DNA of 64,000 nucleotides from Mobula birostris (Eukaryota): contig NC_092396.1 in the NCBI RefSeq assembly GCF_030028105.1, positions 18,187,820 through 18,251,819 on the forward strand, given 5' to 3'. Positions 49,023-61,600 of the stretch are shown here, piece by piece; positions within the stretch are counted from its first letter, which is position 1; each line of letters opens with the position of its first letter. A program made the translations under genes and the position numbers. Under the pieces are notes generated by a model. It did no database searches and had not been told where the DNA came from. It saw only the letters and a list, made by a program, of their open reading frames with translations.

Positions 49023-50397
49023 TAACAGTGTTGCTGTTTGACATCTGGTTCTGGAGAGTCTGGCATTGTTTAAAACACAATCATGTGCCAATTATAGTGG
49101 CTTTGTTTCGCTTGGTTAAAGTGTCTGACATCTCACAGATGGGCAGAGCGGCCACAGGGACGGGAAATTCATCAGCAGCTACAGAGGATCAGAAGCAGAA
49201 TCCTGTTTATTATCTGTGACATAAGTCCTGAAATTTGTTGTTTTGTGCCAGCAGTAAAGTGCAGTCACAACTATAAGGTACAGCAGAAAGGTAAATAAAT
49301 AGTGTAAAAGAGAAATATTAAGGATGAGGGTTCGGAGACTAGGAGGCACATGATAAAGTAGGCCATAATCAGCATGGTTTCCTTAAGGGAAAATCTTGCC
49401 TGACAAATTTGTTGGAATTATTTGAGGAAACAACAGGCAGAATAGACAAAGGAGAGTCAATAGATTTTGTTTACTTGGATTTTCAGAAGGCCTTTGACAA
49501 GGTGCTGCACATGAGGCTAGTTAACAAGATAAGAGCCCATGGTATTACAGGAAAGATACTAGCATAGGTAGAAGATCAGCTGACCAACAGGAGGCAAGGA
49601 GGTGGAATAAAGGGGGCCTTTTCTGATTGGCTGCCCGTGACAACTGGTGTTCTACAGGGGTCGGTGTTGGGATTGCTTATTTTGACGTTACATGTTAAAG
49701 ACTTGGATGATGGAATTGATGGCTTTGTGGCCAGGTTTGCAGATGACACAAATATAAATGGAATGGCAGGCAGTGTTGCAGAATCTGCAAAAGGACTTGG
49801 AGAGATTGGGAGAATCAGCAAAGAAATGGCAGATGGAATGTCGTGTTGGGAAGCGTATGGTCATGCGCTTTGGTAGAGGGAATAAAAGCATATACTATTT
49901 TCTAAATGGGGAGAAATTTCAAAGATCAGAGGTGCAAAGGGACTTGGGAGACCTTGTGCAGGGTTTCCTAAAGCTTAACTTGCAGGTTGAGTCATTGTTA
50001 AGGAAGGCAAATGCAATGTTAACATCCATTTTGAGAGGACTAGAATGTAAGAGTTAGGGTTGTGCTGAAGTTTAGAAGAATGAAGGGGGATCTCATTGAA
50101 ACTATTGAATATTGAAAGGACCAGATAGAGTGGATATGGATAGGATGTTTGCTATGGTGAGAAAGTCTAAGATCAGAGGGTACAGTCTCAGAATAGAGGG
50201 GTGTCCATTTAGGATAGAGGTGAGATGGAATTTCTTCAGCCAGAGGGTGGTGATCTGTACAATTCTTTGCTGCAGACACCTTTGGAAGCCAAGTCTTTGA
50301 GCATATTTAAAGCAGAGGTTGTTAGGTTCTTAGTTAGTCATAGTCTCAAAGGTTACAGGGAGAGGGCAGGAAAATGAGGTTGAGAGGGATAATATAA

Positions 50398-50605
50398 ACA
50401 GGAGGAATTCTGCAGATGCTGGAAATTCAAGCAACACACATCAAAGTTGCTGGTGAACGCAGCAGGCCAGGCAGCACCTCTAGGAAGAGGTACAGTTGAC
50501 GTTTCGGTCCTGACGAAGGGTCTTGGCCCGAAACGTTGACTGTACCTCTTCCTAGAGATGCTGCCTGGCCTGCTGCATTCACCAGCAACTTTGATGTGTG
50601 TTGTT
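50398..50605. mobile_element. Palindromic (fold-back) Penelope-end element inserted in a CR1 fragment
   Basis: ~75-bp arms CAACACACATCAAAGTTGCTGGTGAA...GACGTTTCGG and their reverse complement. Confidence 0.85.
50506..50541 (+). ncRNA. Minimal hammerhead ribozyme at the centre of a PLE fold-back
   Basis: GGTC-CTGACGA-A-GGG(TCTTGG)CCC-GAAAC-GTT^-GACT. Confidence 0.65.
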
Positions 50606-50881
50606 TGAGAGGGACAATATATCAGCCATGATAGAATGGCGGAGAAGACTCGATGGACTGAGTGGCCTACCTCTGCTCCTGCGTCTTAGGGTCTTATGGT
50701 CTTCCATAAATCAATAATAATACGTACTGGAAATTAGGAAAATATTTAACAGACCAGGCAGCACTTGTACAGAGAGGAAAAGAACTAATATTTCAGGTCC
50801 CATAAATTCACTCAGTCCGCTTCTGACTATTCACTTCCTTTTCTTGATCTCTCTGGAGACAAACTGTTTACTGTCTTTTAT

Positions 50882-51774
50882 AAACATACAAATTCCTGCA
50901 AATAAGACATTGCATTAGTAGCATATTCAAGAACGATGACCCACAAAGTAACGCTTCAACTGAATACTTTCCATTAGCACAGGAAGTTCATAAAGCATCA
51001 GTGTTTTATGAACTGTTCAAGCACTCTGTGGGTGAATCGTGTCACAATCTCAAAGCAGTATGGCAGGAGGATTGAAGATAATGAGTAGTCAAATATTTTA
51101 TCAAACGTGGGTAGACATATTAGGGAAGCGAGAGGGAAATTTATTCAATATAAGATAGCACACAGATATTATTGGACACCAACTAGACTCTACAAAATGG
51201 AGATTGTTGATAATAATTTATGCTGGAAATGTAAAAATGAGGTGGGCACATATTTTCACATGCTTTGGGAGTGTTCCATGGTTTGTCCATTTTGGTGTAA
51301 ATTTCTTGATTTGTTGGGGAGTTGGTCGGGTTCCACACTGCCCTTGTGCCCACGGCTTGGTCTCCTGGGTGATAGGACAATGACACCTAATGTAAACAAT
51401 GACAAATTTACTATTTTAAAGGTGGGCCTCATCACAGCTGCAAGAATTATATTGCAAAACTGGAAAAAACCCAGATGTCCCACTATGAAGGAATGGACTG
51501 AGGAAATGATTAAGACTTCATCATATAAACGCATGTTGGGAAGAATTAACAGTGAGGGAGAAGTGCAAGACGCGTGGGATCAATTTTGGTTGTATGTTAA
51601 TTTAAACTTAAATTAGAACTTCTTTCTGTTTCTAAGTTTTACTTGTTTTCCTGTCATGGGTTGGCTGTGTCAATATGCTGTACTCTACCTGCTCTATGAT
51701 ATGCTGTGCTGCTTTGTAAAATAAGAATAAATAATAATAAAAATATGAATTATGAAAAAAAACATACCAATTCC
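50882..51774 (+). mobile_element. 5'-truncated L1-clade LINE with poly(A) and 15-bp TSD
   Basis: Cys-rich CWKCKNEVGTYFHMLWEC; TSD AAACATAC(A/C)AATTCC at 50882-50896 and 51760-51774. Confidence 0.85.
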
Positions 51775-51779
51775 CCATG

Positions 51780-53095
51780 GCTAGCTTGACTATACCTCTT
51801 CCCACTCTACCTCCTGTAAAATTGCTATCTCATCTCCTTTGTCTCTGCCGCATCTGCTCCCAGGATGAGGCTTTCCTTCCTAGGACATAATTGATGTTCT
51901 CCTTCTTCTAAGAATGGGGTTTCCCTTCCTCCACAATCGATGCTGCCCTCAAATGCATCTCTTTCATTTCACCCCATTTTCCCACTGCCTTAACAGGGAT
52001 ACAGTTGTTTTTGTCCTCTGAGCCTCTATGAGGCTCCTCAACCAATGCATCATTCTGTGCAACTTCAACCATCTTGAATGGGATCCTACCACTAAACACA
52101 TCTTTATGTCCACCACTCTCTGCTTTCTGCAGGGATTGCTCCCTCCATGATTCCCTTGTGCATTCGTTCCCCCACTAATCACCCTGTCACATATCCCTGC
52201 CAACGACAGAAATGTTACACCTATTCATTCACCTCCTCCTTCAGCTCCATTCAGGGCCCCAAACAGTCCTTCCAGGTGAGTGAATACTTCACCTCCCAGT
52301 CTGTTGGGATCGTCCATTGCATCCAGTGCTCCTAATGTGACTCCTCTACATTGGTGAGACCCAATACAAACTGGGGGACCGCTTTGTTGAGCACCCCTGG
52401 TCCATCTGCCAAAAGCAGAATTTCCCGGTGGCCAACCATTTTAATTCCTTTCCTCATTCCCGTACTGACTTGTTGGTCCATGGCCTCCTCTTTTGCCCCA
52501 ACAAGGCCACTCTCGGAGCGGAGGGGCAATACTTCATATCCCATCTGGAAAGCCTCCAACCTGATGGCATGAACATCAAGTATTCTTCCCTCCCCCTTCT
52601 TTCATCTTCTATTCCACACTCTGGCCTCTTACCTCTTCTCCTCACCTGCCTATCACCTCCCCCTGGTGCCCCTCCTTCTTTCTCTCAGGGTCCATTCTCC
52701 TGCCCCATCGGATTCCTTCTTCTCCAGCCCTTTACCTTTCCCACCCACCTGGCTTCACTTATGAGCTTCTAGTCTTGGTTTGTCTTGTGTTTCTGTGATA
52801 TCATTCTGGAGAAACAAATTGTATCATTTCTTAATGCATGCATTACTAAATGACAGTAAAAGAGGACTGCTTGTCCTCATAATCTAATCTAATCTAATCT
52901 AGCTATCCTCCTTCCCCTCTCCCCATCTTTCTATTCTGGGGTCTTGCCTCTTTCTTTCCAGTCACGTTGAAGGTCCTCAGCCCAAAACATCAATTGTCTG
53001 TTCATTTCCATCAACGCTGCCTGACCTGCTGAGTTTCTCCAGCATTCTGTGTCTGTTGCTCTGCATGACTAACACCTGCAGAATGTCTTGTGTTT
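51780..53095 (+). mobile_element. Decayed Penelope-like element (RT thumb, GIY-YIG, terminal repeat)
   Basis: LLYIGET motif and VANHFNSFPHSRTDLLVHGLL...SLQPDGMNI; interrupted by another element at ~52775-52900. Confidence 0.8.
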
Positions 53096-56000
53096 AATAT
53101 TTCAAGTCAGTGAGTTTTCTTCTCCTTTTACGTTTTCATGTGGTTATATAATTCCCTTTGAAACAGATGCTTCTCTCAACAATGGTTTTGCAGTTTCTCC
53201 ATCCAGGTTTCATGACGTAGAACTGAATGGACTCCTCCTACACGCTCTTCCTTGACACACGTCATTCAGATCTCCATGAATAACCAGCTCCTCATCAGTG
53301 ATTAAGGCTTGCTTTCCTTCGAGTTGCCAGCTCTCAGTTGGTAGACTCCTGGAGCATGCACAGCATGGAGAAGCAGTAGTGTTGCTGACTCAGCACCTGT
53401 GACCCAGGTTCAATCTGGTGCCGTCTCTCTGGCTTTCGGTCCTGATGAAGTGTCTTGGCCTGAAACATCAACTGTTTATTTCCCTCCATATACTGCCTGA
53501 CCTGTTGAGTTCCTCCAGTATTTTGTGTCAGTTGCTCAAGATTTCCAGCATCTGCAGGATCATTTCTGTCTCCATGGTGTTTGTGCATTCTCCCTGTGAC
53601 TGAATGGGTTTCTCGTGGGTGCTACACTCTCTTCTTACTTTCTACAAATGTCCTGCGTGGGTGAAACGACCACCGCAAATTTTAGATTATGAGGACATGC
53701 AGTCCTCTTTTATTGTCATTTGGTAATGCATGCATTAAGAAATGATACAACGTTTTTCCAGAATGATATCACAGAAACACATGACAAACCGACTGAAAAA
53801 CTGACAAAAACCAGATAATTATAACATATAGTTACAACAGTGCAAAGCAATACCGTAACTTGATAAAGAACAGACCACGGGCACAGTAAAAAGTCTCAAA
53901 GTCTCTCGAAAGTCCCATCATCTCACGCAGACGGTGAACCTCCAGCGCCGCAAACTTGCCGATGCAGCATCCTGGAAGCATCCAACCACAGTCCGAGTCC
54001 GTCCGAAAACTCTGAGCCTCTGACCACCTCTCTGACACCGAGCACCGAGCACCATCTCTGCTGAGTGCTTCGACCCCAGCCCCGGCAACAGGCAATAGGC
54101 AAAGCCGAGGATTTGGGGCCTTCCCTCTGGAGATTCTCGATGGCACAGTAGCAGCGGCAGCAAAGCGGGCATTTCAGAAGTTTCTCCAGGTGTTCCTCTG
54201 TGCTTCTCATGGCTGTCTCCATCAAATCAGGATTGTGCACAGCCCCCTAGTTAACACCTACAATATCATTCAGAGCGGCCGCGCGCACTGCGTTGCGCCG
54301 CCACCTTCTCCTTCTCCTCCTAAACTGTACTTAGTCCTGAGGTGTGTGGTTACATTTGGGGAAGTTGGTGGAAATGTTTAGATGATTAGTGGGGGAATGG
54401 ATCACTCTAAGAGCCAGCATAGGTTCAATGGGCCAGCTTTGCATCATTCTATGTTGATTGGTAACCCGTCACAAAACTTTCTGTCTCCAACCTCCCTTCC
54501 TCCAACCCTCTGCCTTTGGTCATCTAACACATCCACCTTCTGACAAATAGCTATTTATCTCTCACTCTTCCTGCGAGTGACAAGTAGGTTAATTAGTAAC
54601 TTCTGGAAACTCCACGACAATCAGTGAAATGCCTCAGTTTGGATCAACCACCAACACAACTGGAGGATTGTGCAGGGGGCAGCCTGCAAGTGTCATCTTG
54701 CTCCTGCCACCAACAACTCACTAACCCTACCCTAAACACATGTCTTTAGGTTGTGGGAAGAAACCAGAGCTCCAGGAGGAAAACCACATGGTCACGGGGA
54801 GAACATACAAACTCCTTACAGCCAGCGGCAGGAATTGAACCCCCATCGGTGATCGCTGGCGCTAACCTCTCTGCTACTGTGCTGCCCTGACCCAGACAAA
54901 GAGCCTTTCACCCTGTGAACATGACCAGGAGCTAACAGGCTCAGGCACTGACTTGAACTTACGAAAGACCTCTGAGACAGCAAAGGGTGCATCTCAGAGG
55001 TGTGATTAAACAAATGCAGTGATATGGTAAGAGGTTATCTAAAGTACGGTGAAACAGGTTACTTTTAAAGACTTTTTAAGTCATAGAAGCAGAATGAGGC
55101 CCATTGAGTCTGCTCCACCATTCATCATTGACTATTAATTTACTGATGGCTGAGGACCAAGTTAGAAAAATAGGAAGTAGAGGTAGAGAGGTCTGGGGCG
55201 GGTAGATGAAGGCATGGCTGTCGTTGGTAGTAGGTAAAGTCACAGGAGACCAGGATTGAAGGAGACAACACCTCCTAAAAGGGAAGTGAATTTAGATACA
55301 TAGACATTGCTGGAGAGGGAGCTGGTGAGCATGTACAGGACAAGCTAATTATCTAGAGATAATTAGTTCTCTAAAGTTTTTGAACATATGAAAAACAATA
55401 CATGAACAAAGACTAACAAACAATCAATGTGCAAAAGAAGAGAAGAAGACATTATGCAAATAAAAAAAATACTGAGAGCATTCCTTGAAAGTGAGTCTGT
55501 AGGTTGTGGAATTAGATCAGAATAGTGGCAATTGAAATTATCCACGTTGGTTCTGGAGCCTGATGGATGTAGGGTAGTAACCATTCCTGAACCTGGTAGT
55601 GTGGGTAAGTCTCGTGTACCTCCTGTTCAGTGGAAGTAGTGAGAAGATGGCATGGCCTGGATGATGGGGTCCTTGATGATGGATGCTGCTTTCTTGTGGC
55701 AGTGCTCCATTAAATGTGCTTTGTAAAAAAGAAATTGCATTTAGACCATTTCAGGTTTTTTATCCATCGTCTTATTTTATTGAAATGCAGTGGTCTAAAG
55801 ATTTGAAGAGTGGGCAGGGAATGTTTTCTTTAAAATTTGTAAACAAAAAAAACTGATAAGGAAGCTGCTTTTGATTGCCCTGAATTCCCAATCAGCTCAT
55901 TAAATGGCAAATCAGTTCATCATTGTGGACGGAAGACACACGACACGACAGAAGATGGAATGTGGAGCGAAAACAAAGTGATGGATGAACTCAGCAGGTC

Positions 56001-56493
56001 AGGCAGCACCTGCGGAAGACCGATGGACAGCCAGTGTTTCAAGTCAGGTACTCTTGTGTGAATTGGAAACCTGCCATGTTTACCCGGTTGAAGATACAAG
56101 GTAACTCCAGTCCCATAATCGCACAGCTTCTCTGTGGGAATAGCTCAACAAGAAGCATATCCCAAATGCAAGATGCTGGAAATCCTGAGCACAAAATGCT
56201 GAAGTAACTCAACAAGCCAGAAAGCATCTATGGAAGGGAATAAACTGTGATGGGTTGAGATCCTTCATCAGGACATCCCATTTTGTCAGAGAAGCTAATG
56301 AGTGGTGACTATGCTGATGAAATCTACATCCCATCCTTCGATATTTTCTCCCTCACAAAGACAGCAGTGAGCCATTTGTAAATTGGGACAGCAATTCAGA
56401 AAGTGCACTTGAGAGCTGATCATCTCCTGTATCAGATTAAGTCATTGTCTGCCTCACAACCTGTCACAACGAGATGTTAATCAATGATATTTG

Positions 56494-57280
56494 ATTCTGA
56501 CATGGGAGCTGTCCCTCGCTCCCACCTCCAGCCACTTTCCCAGGATGTGCCGACATTAATATCCTGGGATTTGTGAGACTCACTTGCTGTCCAGATGGCC
56601 CTCAGAGATTCAGGCCGCCCTGCCCACAATACGGAGGCCGATCCCGTCACTAATTGCCCGTGTAGCCGGGCACACGTCTATTGTGCTGTCAGTGAGTTGG
56701 GGGATTGGCTGGTGAGTGTGGGAACTCGAGTGGGAGCAGAGCCCCACACTTTGTCATGCTAATATCGGCCTTTAAATACAGCAGCTGCCCAGGTCGGCCT
56801 CAGAGAGCTGGATCAGTCAGTGCCTCTCACTCACACGGTCCGCGCTGGGCTTCACCCTCACGCTCAGCCCAGCAGACATGTCTCCGGGCACCGCTGCCGG
56901 TCGGCGCCTGAGGGAAGGTACCAAACCCAGGGTCAGCTGCAGAGAACCATGTGGGGTAAGTGAGGGTGAGACGGAGGGGGTTCTGGGGCTGGTGTTTCTG
57001 AGCCAGAAGGAGATGGCGAGAGGGCAGGTTTTGTGGTGGGGGGAGGGGGGGGGCTGCCAATCCCTTGCTGAGCTGTTTCTCTCCCCTTGTCCCGCAGCTG
57101 ATGAAACCCGCGGTGGAGAAACGGCGCAGAGATCGCATCCACAGAAGCATTGTGCAGCTGAAGGGATTGTTGGAGAGAGAGTTTCACTCGGAGCCGAACT
57201 ACAGACTGGAGAAAGCTGAGATCTTGGAAAGATGTGTGAGCTTCCTGAGGCATCACCACCTGCTTGGTGAGTGTTTCCCG
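56494..57280. repeat. Right arm of the inverted repeat (hes5-B promoter to exon 2)
   Basis: Reverse complement of 48242-49022; spacer ~7.5 kb. Confidence 0.97.
56704..56778 (+). promoter_or_regulatory. hes5-B promoter: CCAAT, CSL/RBPJ site, SOX-OCT composite, TATA-like
   Basis: ATTGG 56704-08; TGTGGGAA 56717-24; CTTTGTCATGCTAAT 56749-63; TTTAAATA 56771-78. Confidence 0.75.
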
Positions 57281-58164
57281 AATATTTCTAGCTTCTCTCA
57301 GTGACTGGGAAGGCTGAGAATTCCCTGTGTAAGTCAGAGATTAGTCACTGACGCACATCTTTATGGGAATGAGTGTGGAAAAAGAACCCATAGAAAGATA
57401 GTCACTCCTGTAACGTGGGAAATGAAGGGATAGATTGTACACAGCAAGATCCCACAAACAGCTCCATGACTGTGTGACCGTGATTGTGATCATTTGTGCC
57501 AGCGGTATTGGTCGAGGCAGAATTACTGGTCCTGGATGATCTGCCCTGCTCTTCTTTAACACAGAAGGTCAGGGGTGTCAAAGGCTTCGGGGAGTAGGCA
57601 GGAGAACGGGATTGGCAGGGAAAATAAATCAGCCAGCATCAGATGATGGAGTAGGCTCAACGGGTAAATGGCCTAATTATGGTTTTAGGATGTAAAAATT
57701 AACTATAGAATTCTTTACATCCATGTGAGAGGTTCTGGAGAGTTAAGCTGGGGCCCTCTCTCTGAGAGGGAGGGACGGAGGTAAGGCATGGCGGGGAGGT
57801 GCCACAGAATGGGAAGAGATGATTATTGATCTCTGTTCATTTCACAAGGATGTTGGCAAAATGTCAAATGCTTGACTCAGTGTTGCAGCCGAGGCCTAAT
57901 TTTGTCTGTCTCCTCCTTCCAGCTTCCAGACCCCCCTATGCAGGGGAACGACGATGGCCACATCCAGTAAATGCAGGAGGCTCTCGGTATCTTGTCGGCA
58001 CACCAGACCCAGGTGCCCGGACTGCTGCTGTGCCTCTGGGGGGGGGGGGGGCAACATGCCCTGACCGTGACTCGTCCCCACACCAAACCACTCTCAGGCA
58101 GCTTGCTGCGAAAGAAGTGGAGCCTCCTAGCACCGGGACCCTGTGGAGACCCTGGCAATTCTGA
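56878..58164 (+). CDS. hes5: HES5-like copy B (exons 56878-56931, 57098-57266, 57923-58164); full-length bHLH, Orange domain frameshifted, WRPWQF retained; may be a pseudogene
   Basis: Spliced frame is open (465 nt, 154 aa), but exon 3 has -11 and +5 nt indels relative to copy A and a TAA (57968-57970) in the ancestral Orange frame. Confidence 0.7.
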
Positions 58165-58521
58165 GTGAGACAACAGAGACCCTTCTATACTGGGGTCCCA
58201 AGCTTTTGTGCTGTCTTGTGATATTGACAAGTGTCTGTGATTGTAGATCGATGATTGGTGTTAATTGATTGGGGTTGTGGTTGGATCCCGGTTAACAGCT
58301 GGCACGAGCTATTGACCATGAGTGTGATTTGTCATGGCGGATATCCTCCCATGGTGGAATCACCTAACTGTGTTCAGGAAGTTAGGGCTTATTGGTCTTG
58401 GTGAGGAGGGATGTGGAGACTGCTGTCACCTGAGCTGCTCTGAAGCTTATTGTCGATTTCTGCGAAATTGAAGCTTTCTTTGGAAGAATTGAGGATTTTA
58501 TCCTTTGCAATGACACTGTAA

Positions 58522-58640
58522 CAGTGCAGGGTAAGTCAGTATACTGGGTGAATAAGCTGCGTTTAGCAGTGCAGGGGAAGTCAGTATACTGGTGAATAAA
58601 CTGCGTTTAGCAGTGATGGGTAAGTCAATAAACTGTGTCT
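58522..58640. repeat. ~45-bp tandem repeat (2.5 copies)
   Basis: CAGTGCAGGGTAAGTCAGTATACTGGGTGAATAAGCTGCGTTTAG repeated. Confidence 0.8.
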
Positions 58641-61600
58641 TGGAATAGTTTCAATATTTGAAACCCCGTATGTTGAGTAAGTAAGGGTTGTTGGGGGATC
58701 ATATTGGACAGTTATCTTCTGGGCTTTGAGGAAAGAGCGTGGGAGCAGGTCAAATCGGACGATCATTGAATTGGCTTCGGCTAGCTGGACTGGCCGAATA
58801 TCCTTCTGTGGTTTTTCAGGTTGTCACTGTCACGATGGTACCTGGAACCTGCCTTCCAATGAATCTCCCCACTGTGTCCTAGGGAAGGGCAGGTACTTTC
58901 CTTTCTAATCCACATTTCAGAGTGCAGGAAAATCACTTCCCCGCCATGTGTGAATTTTGTTGCTCTGTGAAAGCTGATTTACTATTATGCATTAATTTTG
59001 TGATATAACTTTTGAAAGCCAGTCTTATTGTTATCTGTATGTTAAATGTGTGCTTTAATAAAATGTTGTATACAAACAGCAGATTATTCTCTGGTTATCC
59101 TGCTGCTCAGTACTGGTGTTGGGGTGTGCGGTTGTGCTACTGGACCAGTGCTGCTCCATACTGAACCCTGCTGGCCTTTCACCACAGAAAGCAGTTTAAA
59201 GAAACTTTTGGTTGGGCTCATTAATCTTGGCTGTGGTAAGCTTTAAATCGTTCAGCTGGATTCTTCAAGAACCAGTCAAACCTTGTATTCATAACTGTTC
59301 TTAGGTACACAGAGGTCCTGTTCTGAGAGTGATACTTACTAAACAGATGCTATCAAAAATCAGTCTGGAGAGAATCCAGAGAAGATTCATGAAAATGGTC
59401 CTGGAAATGAAAGGTTAACGTATGAGGAGCATTTGATGGCTCTGGGCCTTACTTGATGGAGTTTAGAAGAATGAGGGGGTGATCTCACTCAAACATATCA
59501 AATATTGAAAGACCTACATAGAGTGGATGCGGACAGATTGTTTCCTATAGTGGTGAGTCTAGGACCAGAGGACACAACCTCAGAATAGAAGGACGCCCCT
59601 TTAGATAAGGAGTAATTTCTTTAGCCAGAGGGTGGTGAAGCTGTGGCATTCATTGCCACAGATTAGTGAGGGGGCCAGGTCATTGGAAATATTTAAAGTG
59701 GAGATTGATAGCTCTTGCTTAGTCAGGGTATCAAAGGTTACAAGAACAAGGCAGGAGAATGGGGTTGAGAGGGATAATAAATCAGCCATGATGGAATGGT
59801 GGAGCAGACTCTAAGGGCCAAATGGCCTAATTCTGCTCCTATGACTTATGGTCTAAAAAGACTAATTAACTCAGCAACTATGTAAGATCTGAGCCCTGAT
59901 TACAGAGAGGGATCTCAATTACGGTTTTGTCTCTGTTGGCTGTGATCTACAAAGCCACAAATACATTTCCATGCGACCTCTACACATTTTTTGAGCCAGA
60001 ACTATTTTTTAATGTATATAAAGGATTTTTCTTCTGCCATACGTTGAATACAGTGTTGCCTGGGCAACCAGATGCCCTTTTGTCATAGATCACTGTCACC
60101 TGAGACACCTCGCAGCTGATGAGACAAAGAGCTGTGTTAGCAGGAATCTGATCCACGTCTTGTAAGGCCCATTGAAAGTCCAATCCACAGCGCTCTGACG
60201 GCTTTGATAGGGGAGAACAGCAGACCAAAGTTCTACAGAAGGGAATAACAACACAAGGCGCAGGAAGCATTCGGCAAGTTCGGCAGCATCAGTGGGAAAA
60301 GAAACAGGCTAATCTGTCAGTAACATTTGACACTGCTTATGTATTCAAAAAGTCTTAATCTAACTTTATCTGCTCCTCAGCTGTCAGATTGTTTTTCTGG
60401 TCTCACTCTATCAGAGATTTAGAAGCATAGAACATAGAAAACCTACAGCACAATACAGGCCCTTCAGCCCACAAAACTGTGCCAAACATGACCTTACTTT
60501 AGAAATTACCTAGGGTTACCCATAGCCCTCTATTTTTCTGAGCTCCATGTACTTGTCCAGGAGTCTCTTAAAAGACCCTATCATATCCGCCTCCACCACT
60601 GTTGTCAGCAGCCCATTCCACGCACCCACCACTCTCTGCGTAAAAAAACTTACCCCTGACATCTCCTCTCTACCTACTTCCAAGCACCAGTCCTAACGAA
60701 GGGTTCCAGCCCGAAACATCGACTGATCGTTTTCACGGATGCTGCCCGACCTGCTGAGTTCCTCCAGCTTGTTGTAAGTGTTACCTTAAACCTGTGCCCT
60801 CTCGTTCCAGCCATTTCAGCCATGGGAAAAAGCCACTGACTATCCACATGATCAATGCCTCTCATCATCTTCTACACTTTTTCTTTTGTTTCATTTCTCC
60901 TTCTAGTTTTCCTCTCTTTCCCCTTTCTGGTGGAGGATCCCAGGCACCTATTTTCTCTTTCTTCCGGATGCTGTTGAGTACTTCCAGCGTTTTCGGTTAT
61001 TATTTCAAATTTCCAGCATCTGCACTTCTAAAATAAAAATCACATTATTTGCTTTAGAGAGGTGTGGAGAGAGAGGGCAACCAGTGATAGGAAGCAACTG
61101 GGTCTGAGTGGACAAGACACACCACACACTTTAGAACTCAGGCATTTGATGCCATTGAAACTCGGACAGCAAGATTGCTACAACTGGAGCATAGGGAACT
61201 TGCTTAAGTGCCATAGCCTGGTTCATCCAACAAGGGACTACCCTACTAGATGTGATTTGTGACCACTGTGACCTCCTAGATCACGGTGGGAAGTAGTGTG
61301 GTAACAAGGGAAGGGGTGGGGGAGGGGGAGTGGCAGAGTGGTGATAAGACATAGTTCAATTTGTTAACCTTTACCAATCTGGGGCTCTTACCAAGCAGAG
61401 AACCCCAGACCTATCAGGATGCGTAAATGACTTACCTGGGCTCCTCTCGTGCTGTCTATCCACTTTGCAGAAGGTGCTGGCAGTCACTGTGCACCAGCCG
61501 TAGAGAGAACAAGTGTCCAGGGTGGTGAGGCTCATCGAAGGGCAGCTCAGTCCTGGATAGCATGGAGTTTCTCGAGGGTTGTTGGAATGTCACCCCTTCC

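Larger units (their letters stand above)
49335..50700 (+). mobile_element. Decayed CR1 LINE RT fragment in the HES spacer
   Basis: [39 protein letters not shown]. Confidence 0.88.

Noticed and set aside
58217-58242. K-box (TGTGAT) motifs in the hes5-B 3'UTR, as in Drosophila E(spl) genes
   Set aside because: The cognate miR-2 family is not vertebrate, and the motifs are not kept in copy A.
60688-60725. Active hammerhead ribozyme
   Set aside because: The core reads CTAACGA (G5 mutated) and the stem III palindrome is lost.
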